From Spirochaetia bacterium (lineage in GTDB: Bacteria > Spirochaetota > UBA4802 > UBA5550): 64,000 nucleotides of DNA. Location of the stretch: the NCBI GenBank assembly GCA_009885955.1, contig VFJS01000042.1, positions 4,623-68,622 on the forward strand. Direction: 5' to 3'. Shown one piece after another: positions 19,224 to 30,043 of the stretch. The notes below the pieces were generated by a model that did no database searches, was not told where the DNA came from, and worked only from the letters and a program-made list of their open reading frames with translations. Position numbers and translations under genes: made by a program. Position 1 is the stretch's first letter, and each line of letters begins with the position of its first letter.

Positions 19224-21176
19224 ATGTTTGCCGATGTCTACGTATCATCCCCTGTTGAAGGGGTATTCACTTATAGGATACCGGAATCACTGAAGATTTT
19301 GCCGGGCATGAGGGTATTGGTAAATTTCGGAAGACGCACGGCAACAGCTTTTACAATTAATGTTCATGACAATGCCCCTGCGGATGTTGTGATAAAGGAT
19401 ATACTATCGGCAATTGACCCGGGGCCTATTTTTGACGGCAAGCTTGTTGAACTTGCCCGTTTCGTTTCATCGAACTACCTCTCATCACCGGGTGAGGCCC
19501 TGGCAATGGCCCTGCCGTCCGGGCTGAAGCCTTCCGGCAGGCGCAAAACGGAGATCGATTTCAATGGGCCTGCCTCCATCACCCTGTCAGAGGAGCAGGG
19601 CAAAATTTTTAATGTCATACTGGATCTCTATGCAGGCGGGTCGCTCTATCACCTCCTTTTCGGCATCACAGGGAGCGGCAAGACCGAGATTTACATTGAA
19701 ATCTGCAGGCACTTTACCAGGGCGGGAAAATCGGTAATTTTCATGGTGCCGGAAATTTCCCTGTCGTCGCAGATATTTCAGAGGCTCAGCGCCGTATTCG
19801 GCAATGAACTCATCGTGTACCACAGCGGGCTGCCGGCAAGCCAGAGGCTCCATGGCTGGATGCAGTTTTATGCAGGCGAAAAGAAAATTGCCGTGGGGAC
19901 CAGGTCTTCCGTGTTCCTGCAGTGCCCCGGGCTTGGCGCGATAATAATCGACGAGGAGCACGACGGATCATACAAGGAGAACAGCACGCCGAGATACAAT
20001 GCCAGGAGGATAGCCTTCTATAGAACAAAAACCGAAAATTCTCTCCTCCTTCTCGGGTCGGCGACCCCGTCGGTGGAGACGCTGTATGCATCGGAGCGCG
20101 GCAGCCTGAAGCTCCACAGGCTTGAGAAAAGGTTCGGGAATGCGGCGCTCCCTGAAATAGAAATTGTAAAAATTTCATCCATGAAGTCCCCTGTCTCCTC
20201 TCTGCTGAAGCTATATACAAAGAAGGCCGTTGACAGCGGACATCAGGCCATATACCTTCTCAACAGGAGGGGGTTCGCGCCTTTTGTCATCTGCAATTCC
20301 TGCAGCCATGTTATTGTCTGCCCTGACTGCGCCATAAGCCTCAACTATCACCGTGACGGATTTATGCTCTGCCATTACTGCGGTTACCGGAAGCCTCTCC
20401 CGCAGAAGTGCGGGAAGTGCGGTTCAGAAGAATTGGATAAGGTGGGCTCTGGAACACAGAGGGTTGAGGAGCTCATGGAAAAGAACTACAGTGATTTCCG
20501 GATTTTCCGCCTCGACAGGGACAGCGCCAGGAAAAAGGGTACCGCGGCTGATATGATAGGCAAAATGAAAAGGGGCGAGGTGGATATTCTCCTGGGGACG
20601 CAGATGGTGGCAAAGGGGTTTGATTTTCCCGGGGTAACTGTCGTCGGCATTCTCCTGGCCGACATAGGATTGAACATCCCCGACTTCAGGGCATCGGAGC
20701 GGATCTTTTCACTTCTCGTTCAGGTGGCAGGGAGGTGCGGCAGGGGGGAACACCGTGGCAAGGTGGTGCTCCAGACCCTGAATGATGAACTCGATTTTTA
20801 CCGGTTTGTAAAAAATCACGATTATTACGGCTTTTATCAATGGGAGCTCATGAACAGAAAGGCCCTCTCCTATCCTCCCTATTCCAGGATAATCCGACTC
20901 CTTGTACGGGGGTTTGATGAAAAAGTCGTGGCCGATTCCATTAAAATTTTAAAAGGTGAACTGGAGTGTAACATTGCCAGGGCCGGGAGCATCATATCGA
21001 TCATGGGCCCCTCTGCAGCGCCCTTTGCCAGGATCGGAAAAAATTTCCGTCACCACATGCTCCTGAAATCCGTGGATGGGGAGGCCATGAAATCAGCTGT
21101 TTCTGAATCGAGGAAGGTTCTTGCAGGGAAAAGGGTTTATCTTGAGATCGATGTTGACCCCCAGGACATGCTCTGA
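19224..21176 (+). CDS. priA: primosomal protein N' (PriA helicase)
   Basis: Walker A GITGSGKTE, DEEHDGSYK, a CxxC...CxxC zinc-binding insert, and helicase C-terminal motifs. Confidence 0.92.
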   Translation: MFADVYVSSPVEGVFTYRIPESLKILPGMRVLVNFGRRTATAFTINVHDNAPADVVIKDILSAIDPGPIFDGKLVELARFVSSNYLSSPGEALAMALPSGLKPSGRRKTEIDFNGPASITLSEEQGKIFNVILDLYAGGSLYHLLFGITGSGKTEIYIEICRHFTRAGKSVIFMVPEISLSSQIFQRLSAVFGNELIVYHSGLPASQRLHGWMQFYAGEKKIAVGTRSSVFLQCPGLGAIIIDEEHDGSYKENSTPRYNARRIAFYRTKTENSLLLLGSATPSVETLYASERGSLKLHRLEKRFGNAALPEIEIVKISSMKSPVSSLLKLYTKKAVDSGHQAIYLLNRRGFAPFVICNSCSHVIVCPDCAISLNYHRDGFMLCHYCGYRKPLPQKCGKCGSEELDKVGSGTQRVEELMEKNYSDFRIFRLDRDSARKKGTAADMIGKMKRGEVDILLGTQMVAKGFDFPGVTVVGILLADIGLNIPDFRASERIFSLLVQVAGRCGRGEHRGKVVLQTLNDELDFYRFVKNHDYYGFYQWELMNRKALSYPPYSRIIRLLVRGFDEKVVADSIKILKGELECNIARAGSIISIMGPSAAPFARIGKNFRHHMLLKSVDGEAMKSAVSESRKVLAGKRVYLEIDVDPQDML

Positions 21177-21461
21177 GGAGTTTTTGCATGTTTTCTTTGA
21201 CATGGCCCGGTTTTTTTCCTATGTTTACATGTGCCGGACTGTCGATTATTAACTGAGGATACCTGGATTAATAATATCAGGATATCCCTCTTAAACAGCA
21301 GATTATAATAAAAAAAATTGCCTTTTTATTATAATCATATGTAATAAATAAAAGGCATCACTAATAATAATTTTTAATTCCGGGAATTCCTGATATGTGC
21401 GAATTCAATCGTAAATGCTAATTTTTACAGTGATCTAAAAAAATCGATACAGGTAGTACCA

Positions 21462-22853
21462 TTGGGAAAATTAGTTAAAATTCAGGACAACATAAACAGG
21501 AAGAAAAAAGATTCCGAAGCCCTGGTCAGGAGTAAAAATTCCAAAATAAAAGACCTGCAGATGGATGTTCAGAGGCTGAACGGGCAGATCAAGGGTTTAA
21601 CCCAGAGCATTGATACCATAAACGGCCTTTATCTTGAATCGGCACAGGCATCGGTAGACCTGCTGTCAGACCTGGAATACCACAAGTACAAGGCAAGCTT
21701 TGTCGATTATTCAATACGGCACACATCGAGTTATGAAAAGCTCAGGCAATGCATCAACGCCATCATTAAATATTTTCTCCATGAATTGAAATGCTGCAGC
21801 ATATCAATTTCATACACCGGTGTGAATAAGAAAATCATAGAAATCCTGACGAAGAAATCATCAAGAAACCATGGGCATATGCCGGGATTTTCAGGGGAAA
21901 AGTGCAATATTTACAATATGAAATTGGTTGACATCCTGTTTCCTGAAAGGGTCATCGGCAAAATAACCGTGGGCAGGGAGCCCTACAAGGACAGGAGAAA
22001 GGAAAAGGCCTTTGGAATGAAAGTTAAGAAGGAGATCCTTTTTGTCAAAAGGCTGCTGGAAAATCTGATCTCGGAAATACACAACAAGGAGCTTGCAGTA
22101 AAGGATGCCCTTACCGGACTTTACAACAGGAAATACCTTGATGAAAAACTGACTGACAATTTCAACAGCGTTGACCTTTTTTCCGGTCTCGATGCCCAGG
22201 AACATATGGTTTTGAGCATCATCATGGGAAAGGACCCCAAACCCTACAGCATGATCCGCGATCTCTTTTTTGCCGAGAGCAAGGGGAAGGATGAGTTCCT
22301 TCTCCAGAAGATTCTCCTGAAGCTGTCCGGGTTGAACATGATAACAAAGAGCAGCGATAAATACCTTAACCAGCTTACAGATCATTATTCTTTTATCAAT
22401 TCAAAAAAGGATTATACCCTTTATGTGGCCATGTTTGACCTTGACCATTTTAAGGATGTGAACGATAACTGGGGCGGGCACGGCATGGGGGATATGGTCC
22501 TGATAAACTTCGCGTCAATAGTAAAAACTTATATACGGACCACTGATATTGCCGTAAGGCAGGGAGGTGAGGAGTTCATAATAATTTTCAGCCGCGCCAT
22601 GTCCATGACAAAAATCTGGGAGGTCCTGGAAAGGATCAGGCAGGTGTGCGAAAGTTCCTTAATCGTGAAGTACAAGGGGAGGGAGAGGAATGTAACCGTG
22701 TCTATCGGGCTCACGCAGATCAACAAGCTTGATTATAATATCCATCAGCTGACCAGCAGGGTGGACAAGGCCCTTTATATGGCTAAAAAAATGAGAAATA
22801 AGATTGTTGCCGTTGATGAGGATTATGACGGATATTATAAAATTGACATGTAA
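21462..22853 (+). CDS. GGDEF-domain diguanylate cyclase (GGEEF intact) with N-terminal coiled-coil region
   Basis: LTGLYNRKYL, DLDHFKDVND, RQGGEEF and KALYMAKK motifs. The start at 21462 is a TTG; the first in-frame ATG is at 21558. Confidence 0.75.
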   Translation: MGKLVKIQDNINRKKKDSEALVRSKNSKIKDLQMDVQRLNGQIKGLTQSIDTINGLYLESAQASVDLLSDLEYHKYKASFVDYSIRHTSSYEKLRQCINAIIKYFLHELKCCSISISYTGVNKKIIEILTKKSSRNHGHMPGFSGEKCNIYNMKLVDILFPERVIGKITVGREPYKDRRKEKAFGMKVKKEILFVKRLLENLISEIHNKELAVKDALTGLYNRKYLDEKLTDNFNSVDLFSGLDAQEHMVLSIIMGKDPKPYSMIRDLFFAESKGKDEFLLQKILLKLSGLNMITKSSDKYLNQLTDHYSFINSKKDYTLYVAMFDLDHFKDVNDNWGGHGMGDMVLINFASIVKTYIRTTDIAVRQGGEEFIIIFSRAMSMTKIWEVLERIRQVCESSLIVKYKGRERNVTVSIGLTQINKLDYNIHQLTSRVDKALYMAKKMRNKIVAVDEDYDGYYKIDM

Positions 22854-22884
22854 AGGGTATCATCGGGATAAATCCTGTTCCATC

Positions 22885-23295
22885 TTAATTCATTTTATCG
22901 AAAAATTTTCCATCCTTCCACATACCGCTTTTAACCAACCCGTCTGGAAAGGTCATGGTACCGAACCCGTCCATGAGGTTGTTCTTCCATTCCCCTTCAT
23001 ATATTGAACCGTTGGTGAAGCTATATATTCCTTTGCCGGTAATACTACCCCGGGTGAAGTCGCCTTCATAAAAACTGCCGTCACTGATAAATAATCTGCC
23101 ATGCCCGTGCATTGTGTCATCCTTCCAATCGCCTTCATATCTGTTTCCCATGTCCATCTGGAAGATTCCGGTCCCGTCCCTCAAATCGTCCTTGAATGTA
23201 CCTTCATATTTTGATCCGTCCTCAAGATCCAGGGTCCCGAAACCGTTTTTTTTCCCGTTTTTCAGCTCACCCTTGTAAATTCCAGCCTGTTTCAT
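22885..23295 (-). CDS. MORN-repeat protein
   Basis: Five tandem YEGxWKdgxxhGxG repeats. Confidence 0.8.
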   Translation of the reverse strand: MKQAGIYKGELKNGKKNGFGTLDLEDGSKYEGTFKDDLRDGTGIFQMDMGNRYEGDWKDDTMHGHGRLFISDGSFYEGDFTRGSITGKGIYSFTNGSIYEGEWKNNLMDGFGTMTFPDGLVKSGMWKDGKFFDKMN

Positions 23296-23531
23296 TTTTG
23301 CCCCTTTGATTTCATTTAACAGCAGCTTTTAAAAATGTAAGGTTTTGAAAGAGGCGCGTCAATTTAAAATTTAATTTTACGGAAATAAATATTTTCAGTT
23401 AATCAAAAAAAGGCTTGAACATTTACTCCGACAAATAATTTTATATGTTATATAATTATTTGAGGTTCCCTTTTACATTATGTCATAGAGCTGCAGGCAT
23501 AATAAATTTTATTTTGTCTATTTAAATAAAA

Positions 23532-25799
23532 ATGACCATTATTAAACAAATTATTAAATGGATTTTTTCCCATAAAAAAATTGTATTTATATATATTCCC
23601 GCACTCTGCTCTTTTTTATTGTCCCTGTATATTTTTATCATCTATCTGAACTGGAAACAGGACAGGGAAAAAGCAATGGCAGTTCTTTCCCGGTATAAAA
23701 AGCTGATTGACCGTACCGAAGAGCTGAGAAAGGGGCAGATATACAGCTATAGCGATGTGGATCTTACTGCCAAGGTTGTCGATATCCCTACAAGGATTTA
23801 TGACAGGAACAATGAAATAATAGGAGAATTTTTTGAGCAGAAGAGGGAGATTGTTCCATTCAGTTATATTCCCGAATGGCTTGTGAAAGGGGTCATTGCA
23901 AGCGAGGACAGGGAATTTTACAGGCACAATGGAATAAGCTATAAGGGGATTCTCCGCGCTTTTTTTGTGAACATAGCGCATTTCGGCGTTGCCCAGGGAG
24001 GCAGCACCGTAACGCAGCAGCTCGGAAAGGTGCTCTTTACCGATATGGTGAGAAGTTTAAAGAGGAAGGTTTACGAGACTTTTTCCGCCATTGACATTGA
24101 GAAGCTGTATGACAAGCAGGACATCATGTCAATGTATCTCAACCTGATTTATTTCGGGAACGGCGCATACGGCGTGGAATCGGCAGCGAAGATGTTCTTC
24201 GGTACCTCGGTGAAGTCGCTGAGTGAAGTGGAATGCGCCATGATTGTGGCCACCATATCGAGCCCCAGGATCTACTCTCCTCTCCTTAACCTTAATAACT
24301 CGGTGAAAAAAACCAGGCGCATACTGGAGTCCCTTGTGGACGCCGGTTATTTAAAGAGCGCGGCCGCTGAATACCGGTTCAAGCAGTTTATAAAGAAATG
24401 GGACATCAAATTTGACGGAGAGAACAGGGCCCTATCCTCGCTTATCGGCAGATTTGTCTACAGCACCTACCGGGTGAACAGGTCCCCGTTTTTTAATGAG
24501 AGTATCAGGCGGATTCTTGTCAGGAAATTCGGTGAAGAGGTGGTTAAAAAGGGGGGCCTTACCGTATACACCACCATTGAGGCGGAAAAGCAGGATGCCG
24601 CGGTGAAGAGCCTCAGGCTCGGAATAGAGAACCAGAGGAATTACCACTCAGCCCTGGCAAAAAAACTGGGCAATTCGAAAAACGGTGAACTTGAATTAAG
24701 GAAAAGTAAAAAAATAGAAGGGGCCCTTGTGTCGATGAATCCTGAATCCGGCGAGATTATCAGTTATGCCGGCGGATATGAATTCACGGTATCGAGCCAG
24801 CTCGACCATGTTGAACAGGTGGAAAGGTCCCCTGGCTCATCCATAAAACCGGTAATTTATGCCGCAGCCATAGAGAACAGGGACATCACTGCATCTACTA
24901 TATTTGTTGATGAAAAGACCGTATTCAAGGGCGGGTATGCCCCGTCCAATTATGACAGCACCTTTGAAGGGAGGATGATTGTCCGTGAGGCTCTCCGTAA
25001 ATCGGTGAATATCGTAGCAGTAAAGGTCCTTGAAAAGACCGGCTACGACAGGTCCTTTGAAATAATACAGAAGAGCCTCGACCTGCCCGGAGATGAGTTC
25101 GGCAGAAGGTTCAGGAAAACACTCTCCTTTGCGCTTGGAGCTTACGAGCTCTCGCCCCTTGAGAATGCCGTTCTGCACTCCACCATAGTCAACGGAGGCA
25201 AGTTTGTTAAACCCTACGGCATCAGGTTTGTGAAGGACTACAATGGAAACATCGTATGGAACAATGAAGAGGCCGTGCAGGCTGATATCAGCGAAGCGAG
25301 AAAGAGGATCGGGAAGATTATCGACCCCGTTTCCTGTTCCATCATTTTGTCGATTCTTATCGACCCCCCCTATTCTCCGTTACAGGGCAGAAAATTCAAA
25401 TTTGATACAGCGGCAAAGACAGGGACCAGCTCAAACCACAATGACGCCTGGGTTGCGGGTTACGTAAAGGACATGGTTACCGTGGTATGGATCGGAAACA
25501 GTGAAGGGGCCATATCCCTGGGGAATGGAAGGAGCGGCGGCATAGTTGCCGTGCCTGTATGGGCCAATTACCTGGCGGAAATATACCGGAAGGGCGGCCC
25601 TGGAAATTTTGCCCTGGCCGAGGACGGTATTTCAAGGGAGAGAATCTGCCTTGACTCCGGTGAGGTTGCAGGAAAAAATGGGGAATGCCCCAGGGTATTC
25701 CCGGGCCAGCTCTACTATTCAGGAACGGAGCCCGGGAGATATTGCCGCCTGCATGTGAAGGAAGAGGCCGGGGATAAAACATCAGCCCCCGGCAGATAA
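23532..25799 (+). CDS. penicillin-binding protein 1A (bifunctional transglycosylase/transpeptidase)
   Basis: GT51 motifs (EDREFYRHNGI, GGSTVTQQ). Transpeptidase motifs SPGSSIKP and KTGTS. Confidence 0.92.
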   Translation: MTIIKQIIKWIFSHKKIVFIYIPALCSFLLSLYIFIIYLNWKQDREKAMAVLSRYKKLIDRTEELRKGQIYSYSDVDLTAKVVDIPTRIYDRNNEIIGEFFEQKREIVPFSYIPEWLVKGVIASEDREFYRHNGISYKGILRAFFVNIAHFGVAQGGSTVTQQLGKVLFTDMVRSLKRKVYETFSAIDIEKLYDKQDIMSMYLNLIYFGNGAYGVESAAKMFFGTSVKSLSEVECAMIVATISSPRIYSPLLNLNNSVKKTRRILESLVDAGYLKSAAAEYRFKQFIKKWDIKFDGENRALSSLIGRFVYSTYRVNRSPFFNESIRRILVRKFGEEVVKKGGLTVYTTIEAEKQDAAVKSLRLGIENQRNYHSALAKKLGNSKNGELELRKSKKIEGALVSMNPESGEIISYAGGYEFTVSSQLDHVEQVERSPGSSIKPVIYAAAIENRDITASTIFVDEKTVFKGGYAPSNYDSTFEGRMIVREALRKSVNIVAVKVLEKTGYDRSFEIIQKSLDLPGDEFGRRFRKTLSFALGAYELSPLENAVLHSTIVNGGKFVKPYGIRFVKDYNGNIVWNNEEAVQADISEARKRIGKIIDPVSCSIILSILIDPPYSPLQGRKFKFDTAAKTGTSSNHNDAWVAGYVKDMVTVVWIGNSEGAISLGNGRSGGIVAVPVWANYLAEIYRKGGPGNFALAEDGISRERICLDSGEVAGKNGECPRVFPGQLYYSGTEPGRYCRLHVKEEAGDKTSAPGR

Positions 25800-25808
25800 A
25801 GGAAAATT

Positions 25809-26669
25809 ATGACAGACAGAATCCTGATCACCCTATCCCTGATACTCCTGGCCCTGACGAACCTCTCCTTCAGCTGGCCCCTGAGAAACGCGTCCGTTAC
25901 ATCAACCTTTGGCGAATCGAGGTGGGATCATTTTCATGACGGGCTGGATATGATATCGGAGTCCGGAAAGATATATCCCGTTGAACAGGGGAGCCTCCTC
26001 TATTTCTGGGACAAGGCGGCATTTCCCCTGGAAGAATATCCCTGTATCGGTAATTTCAAAGTATTAGGGCATGATGGGGGGAAATTTTCTTTCTACATCC
26101 ATCTCGATGACGGCCATGTTCAGAAAAAATCCTACGGGAAGGATGATAGTTTAGGGCTTGTGGGCAATACGGGCCGCTCATACGGGAGGCATCTCCATCT
26201 TGCAATTTTTGATTCCAAAAACAGGTCATCGGTGAACCCTCTCATGGAATTGCCGGGCATTGCGGACAGGAAGGAGCCGAGGATTGGCGAGATGCTGATA
26301 AAAATCGGCGATAAGTATATAACGCTGAAGAACAATGCCCAGATACGGCTTACACAGCACTTCCCGCTGCTCATAAAAGTTGAGGACAGCATAAGGGGGA
26401 GTGAAAGGCTCGGCGTGTACAGGCTTACCGTATATGCCAATGAAAAAAAGATGGCTGATTATGACTTCAGCAGGGTTGTCCCGTCGGAAAAGGGTTTCCG
26501 GATAAGCGGAGCGGACTATGAAGGCATATACGACCAGATGGGGTACTATAAAGTTGACGGCATCAGGTACCAGCAGGGTAAAAATGAGTTCAGGGTGATT
26601 GCATCGGATTTTGCCGGGAATACTTCGGAAAAAATTTATACTCTGAATGTTAATCTTGATATGAAATAG
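25809..26669 (+). CDS. M23 family metallopeptidase
   Basis: HFHDGLD and GNTGRSYGRHLHLAIF motifs. Signal peptide present. Confidence 0.8.
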   Translation: MTDRILITLSLILLALTNLSFSWPLRNASVTSTFGESRWDHFHDGLDMISESGKIYPVEQGSLLYFWDKAAFPLEEYPCIGNFKVLGHDGGKFSFYIHLDDGHVQKKSYGKDDSLGLVGNTGRSYGRHLHLAIFDSKNRSSVNPLMELPGIADRKEPRIGEMLIKIGDKYITLKNNAQIRLTQHFPLLIKVEDSIRGSERLGVYRLTVYANEKKMADYDFSRVVPSEKGFRISGADYEGIYDQMGYYKVDGIRYQQGKNEFRVIASDFAGNTSEKIYTLNVNLDMK

Positions 26670-26725
26670 GCGTTGGAAGAGGACTGCTCTAACGGGTAAT
26701 CATCATAGTATTCAGGAGGGAATTC

Positions 26726-27136
26726 ATGGCAAATATCCTGCCATATATCAGAAGGAAGATGAATATGAAACAGAATGACCTGGCCAGGGCGCTGAAGGTG
26801 TCGCCCTCATATTTATGCAAAATTGAAAACGGGTCAATGGAACCGAATGAAAAATTCATGGTCAGCTGCGCGGAATATCTGAATATGCCAAGGCTGATAC
26901 TTTTCCCGGAGAAAGTTGTCAGGGAAAAAATAGGGAAAATGGAATCCAGTCTCTCCAATAATATATGGGCAGCCAGGCAGCAGAGGGGGATTAAACAGTA
27001 TGAGCTCGCGCGGCTCCTGGAATGTTCTCCTTCATATCTGTCAAAGATTGAGAAGGGCCTTCAGAAACCGGGCCATGGCTTCAAGGCGAAATGCGCGAAG
27101 ATCCTAAAAAAGAAGATTAATGAACTTTTTATATAA
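26726..27136 (+). CDS. small transcriptional regulator with two tandem XRE-type HTH domains
   Basis: Two HTH_XRE-like segments (KQNDLARALKVSPSYLCKIENG and KQYELARLLECSPSYLSKIEKG). SD AGGAGG present. Confidence 0.7.
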   Translation: MANILPYIRRKMNMKQNDLARALKVSPSYLCKIENGSMEPNEKFMVSCAEYLNMPRLILFPEKVVREKIGKMESSLSNNIWAARQQRGIKQYELARLLECSPSYLSKIEKGLQKPGHGFKAKCAKILKKKINELFI

Positions 27137-27143
27137 ATAAACC

Positions 27144-28403
27144 ATGCAGTCCTATTCCCTGGAAATATTTATCATCATACTTTTTGCGCTGTTATCCGCT
27201 TTTTTTTCAGCATCGGAGACAGCCCTGTTCTCCCTCAAGAGGGCCGACCTCCACAGGTATTCCCATTCGGAATTTTCTCTACTCAGGCAGATTGCCGCAA
27301 TAATGACAAAGCCCCAGAATATCCTTATCACAATATTAATCGGAAACCTTTTTGTGAACTTCATCATTTCGGCGCTTACGACGAAAATCATGCTTGACCA
27401 CTACAGTGAATACGGGCATTTTATTTCCATCGGGATTGTAACGCCGATCATGATCATATTCTGTGAGATATCCCCGAAGATCATCTCCATAAATTTCTAT
27501 GAATCCGTTTCAAAAAAGATATACCCCCTTCTCAATATATTTCATAAATTATTTTTTCCCCTGAGGATTGTCATTTTTCTGGCAATGGACTTTATGATCC
27601 GGGCATTTAAGCTGAAGGGGCAGCAGAAGAAAATTACCGAAGATGAACTCGATATCGCCATAAATGAAGGCGAAAAGGAGGGCATCATTGACAGGGAAGA
27701 GGGGGAATTCATGAAGAATGTTCTCCGCTTTTCAAGGAAAAACGGCGCCAATATCATGTTCCCGAGAAACAGGGCCGTATTCATATCCGTTGACGCAACC
27801 ATAGAAAGCGCAATGAAGGTATTTCTTGATTCCGACATCATCAGGGCTCCGGTATACAAGGATGACATTGACCATGTCGTCGGCATGCTCGATTCAAAGG
27901 AGCTGATCCCCTATTTTCTCGGGATGAAAAAAGCAAAGCTTATCAAAAGGTTTATCCGTAAAATTGAATTTTATCCTTCTTCCATCGAGCTGAACGACCT
28001 CCTGAATGAATTTCTGGAAAAGCGGATCCAGCTTGCCGTGATGGTTGATGAATACGGCGGCACCGACGGGATTGTCTCGCTGAACTCAATACTTTCAGAG
28101 CTCATGGGCAAAAAGTTCAGCAAGTGGGATGTGGATACCAGGCCCGATATAAGGATATCGGCGGATGATGTCTCGGTTATTTCCGGAGAGATGCAGATAG
28201 ATGATTTCAACTTTTTTTTCGGGCAGAAACTCATGAGCAGCGATTCGGACACCGTGGGCGGGTATATTATCGAAAAAGTAAGCAATTTTCCGAAGAGGGG
28301 GGAAAAGATTAAAATAGGGGGATTAACCCTCCGCGTCAGGTTCATCAGAAAGAACAAGATTGAAACAATAGATGTTATTCACAGGAAAACCAGGAAGGAG
28401 TGA
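27144..28403 (+). CDS. CNNM/HlyC/CorC-family transporter (DUF21–CBS pair–CorC_HlyC; TlyC-like)
   Basis: Four N-terminal TM helices, a CBS pair and a C-terminal transporter-associated domain. Confidence 0.85.
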   Translation: MQSYSLEIFIIILFALLSAFFSASETALFSLKRADLHRYSHSEFSLLRQIAAIMTKPQNILITILIGNLFVNFIISALTTKIMLDHYSEYGHFISIGIVTPIMIIFCEISPKIISINFYESVSKKIYPLLNIFHKLFFPLRIVIFLAMDFMIRAFKLKGQQKKITEDELDIAINEGEKEGIIDREEGEFMKNVLRFSRKNGANIMFPRNRAVFISVDATIESAMKVFLDSDIIRAPVYKDDIDHVVGMLDSKELIPYFLGMKKAKLIKRFIRKIEFYPSSIELNDLLNEFLEKRIQLAVMVDEYGGTDGIVSLNSILSELMGKKFSKWDVDTRPDIRISADDVSVISGEMQIDDFNFFFGQKLMSSDSDTVGGYIIEKVSNFPKRGEKIKIGGLTLRVRFIRKNKIETIDVIHRKTRKE

Positions 28404-28406
28404 TTA

Positions 28407-29663
28407 TTGGAAACGTATTATTACAAGCTCATGGTCCCGGTATTGTTCCTGCTCTCACTGTTTTTTTCAGGGGCTGAAACGGCAGTAGTATCAGCAAACA
28501 GGATGAGGCTTGAATCTTTTTTGAGAAACGGGAATAGAAGGGCAGGCAGGGCCATTTTTATCCTGGATAACATTGAGGACGCCGTTGGGATGCTCCTCAT
28601 AGGGAATAACATCGCAAACATCGCTTCTACTGCCTTCATCACATACATCGGGACAAAGGAGTTCATGCTCAATGAACAGCAGCTGGTGGGAGTGACAGTG
28701 ATACAGACCGTGATCTTTCTTATATTCTGCGAAGTGACTCCAAAGGTTATAGCCAGGTCCAAGTCGGAAAAATTTCTTATGTTTTTTTCCTATCCGGTGA
28801 TCATGCTCATGATCATCTTCAAACCCTTCAACAAGGTTTCTCTCTTCTTTGCAAAGATGGTGAAAAAAGCCATGAAGGTCAAGGAATCGAGGAATTTAAT
28901 AGTCAGGTCAAAGGATGAACTCGACTTCCTTTTTAAACTCGGCCACAAGGAGGGGCTTTTTTACGAAGACCACCAGGTATATGTCTCGGAGATACTTTCT
29001 TTCAAGGACCTGAGGGCAATAGAGATTATAACGCCCACTGTGGATATTATTTCCATCAGCCTGGACGGAACCCTGAAAAAGCTCGTTGAGATCATTGATA
29101 ACAGCAGTTTTTCAAGAATTCCCGTGTACCGGGACAGGGTCGACAACATCATCGGCTATATTTTTTACCGGGATATTTTAAAAAAGAAAGGGATACGTTC
29201 ACTATCAGAAATAATGACAAGGCCCTATTATATACCCTCGTCAAAGAACATATTTGAACTCTACCAGGAGATGTATGAAAACTCAATTCCCATTGTTTTT
29301 GTAGTCAATGAACATGGAGGTGTTGTGGGGATGATCACCAAGGAGGATATCGCCGAGGAGGTTGTCGGCGAGATTCAGACCAGCGACCACCACGAAGGTG
29401 AATTGATCATGATGGCCAACGAGAGGAAATACATTTTGTCAGGGGATCTGGATATAGAGTATTTTCAGAGATATTTTTCCATTCCCGTTGAGAAAAAGGG
29501 ATTCGAGACAATTGCAGGATTCATGAGCTATCACCTCAGGAAGATACCTAAAAAAGGCGACCGGCTCAGGTATGGAAACTGTACCTTTATTGTGGATGAA
29601 GCTACAGAGCGTTCCGTGGAAAAAATAATAATTCTTCTTGATGAGAAGAACGGGAAGCCCTGA
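28407..29663 (+). CDS. second CNNM/HlyC/CorC-family transporter paralogue
   Basis: Same architecture as 27144..28403; the two form a tandem paralogue pair. Confidence 0.85.
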   Translation: METYYYKLMVPVLFLLSLFFSGAETAVVSANRMRLESFLRNGNRRAGRAIFILDNIEDAVGMLLIGNNIANIASTAFITYIGTKEFMLNEQQLVGVTVIQTVIFLIFCEVTPKVIARSKSEKFLMFFSYPVIMLMIIFKPFNKVSLFFAKMVKKAMKVKESRNLIVRSKDELDFLFKLGHKEGLFYEDHQVYVSEILSFKDLRAIEIITPTVDIISISLDGTLKKLVEIIDNSSFSRIPVYRDRVDNIIGYIFYRDILKKKGIRSLSEIMTRPYYIPSSKNIFELYQEMYENSIPIVFVVNEHGGVVGMITKEDIAEEVVGEIQTSDHHEGELIMMANERKYILSGDLDIEYFQRYFSIPVEKKGFETIAGFMSYHLRKIPKKGDRLRYGNCTFIVDEATERSVEKIIILLDEKNGKP

Positions 29664-29679
29664 ACCCCCGGAAGGGGTG

Positions 29680-30027
29680 TCAGCCCTTCTTTATCATCGG
29701 CCCCAGGTCCCTGCCGCCGAATATATGGACATGGAGATGAAAGACCTCCTGGTGGGCGTCCCTGCCGTTATTGATGAGGATCCTGTATCCGCTTTCGTCA
29801 ACATCTTTGATCTTCACCACCTCTTTTACTGCAAGGAAGATATCCGACATGATTGCGCTGTTTCCGCTGTTGATATCATTTAAATCAACAATGTGTTCCC
29901 TGGGTATAACCAGTGTATGGGCCGGTGTCAGGGGGTTGATGTCGTCAAAGGCAAGAACCTTTTCATTTTCATAGACTTTTTTTGCCGGTATCTGCCCGGA
30001 AGCAATTTTACAAAAAATACAATCCAT
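29680..30027 (-). CDS. HIT-family (histidine triad) hydrolase
   Basis: MDCIFCKI N-terminus and HLHVHI triad. Start at 30027 with a GGAGACA SD; the track's longer ORF upstream has no coding support. Confidence 0.85.
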   Translation of the reverse strand: MDCIFCKIASGQIPAKKVYENEKVLAFDDINPLTPAHTLVIPREHIVDLNDINSGNSAIMSDIFLAVKEVVKIKDVDESGYRILINNGRDAHQEVFHLHVHIFGGRDLGPMIKKG

Positions 30028-30043
30028 AGATGTCTCCAGAAAT
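29916..30043. repeat. left copy of a 128-bp direct repeat (HIT start codon, SD and first 37 codons)
   Basis: Matches 32583..32710 by eye with a single mismatch (ctgcccgg vs ctgtccgg). Confidence 0.85.

Noticed and set aside
19810-20220. 136-aa antisense ORF inside priA with Arg/Ala-rich low-complexity sequence
   Set aside because: Antisense to the priA helicase core. Composition reflects GC-rich codon complement, not a gene.
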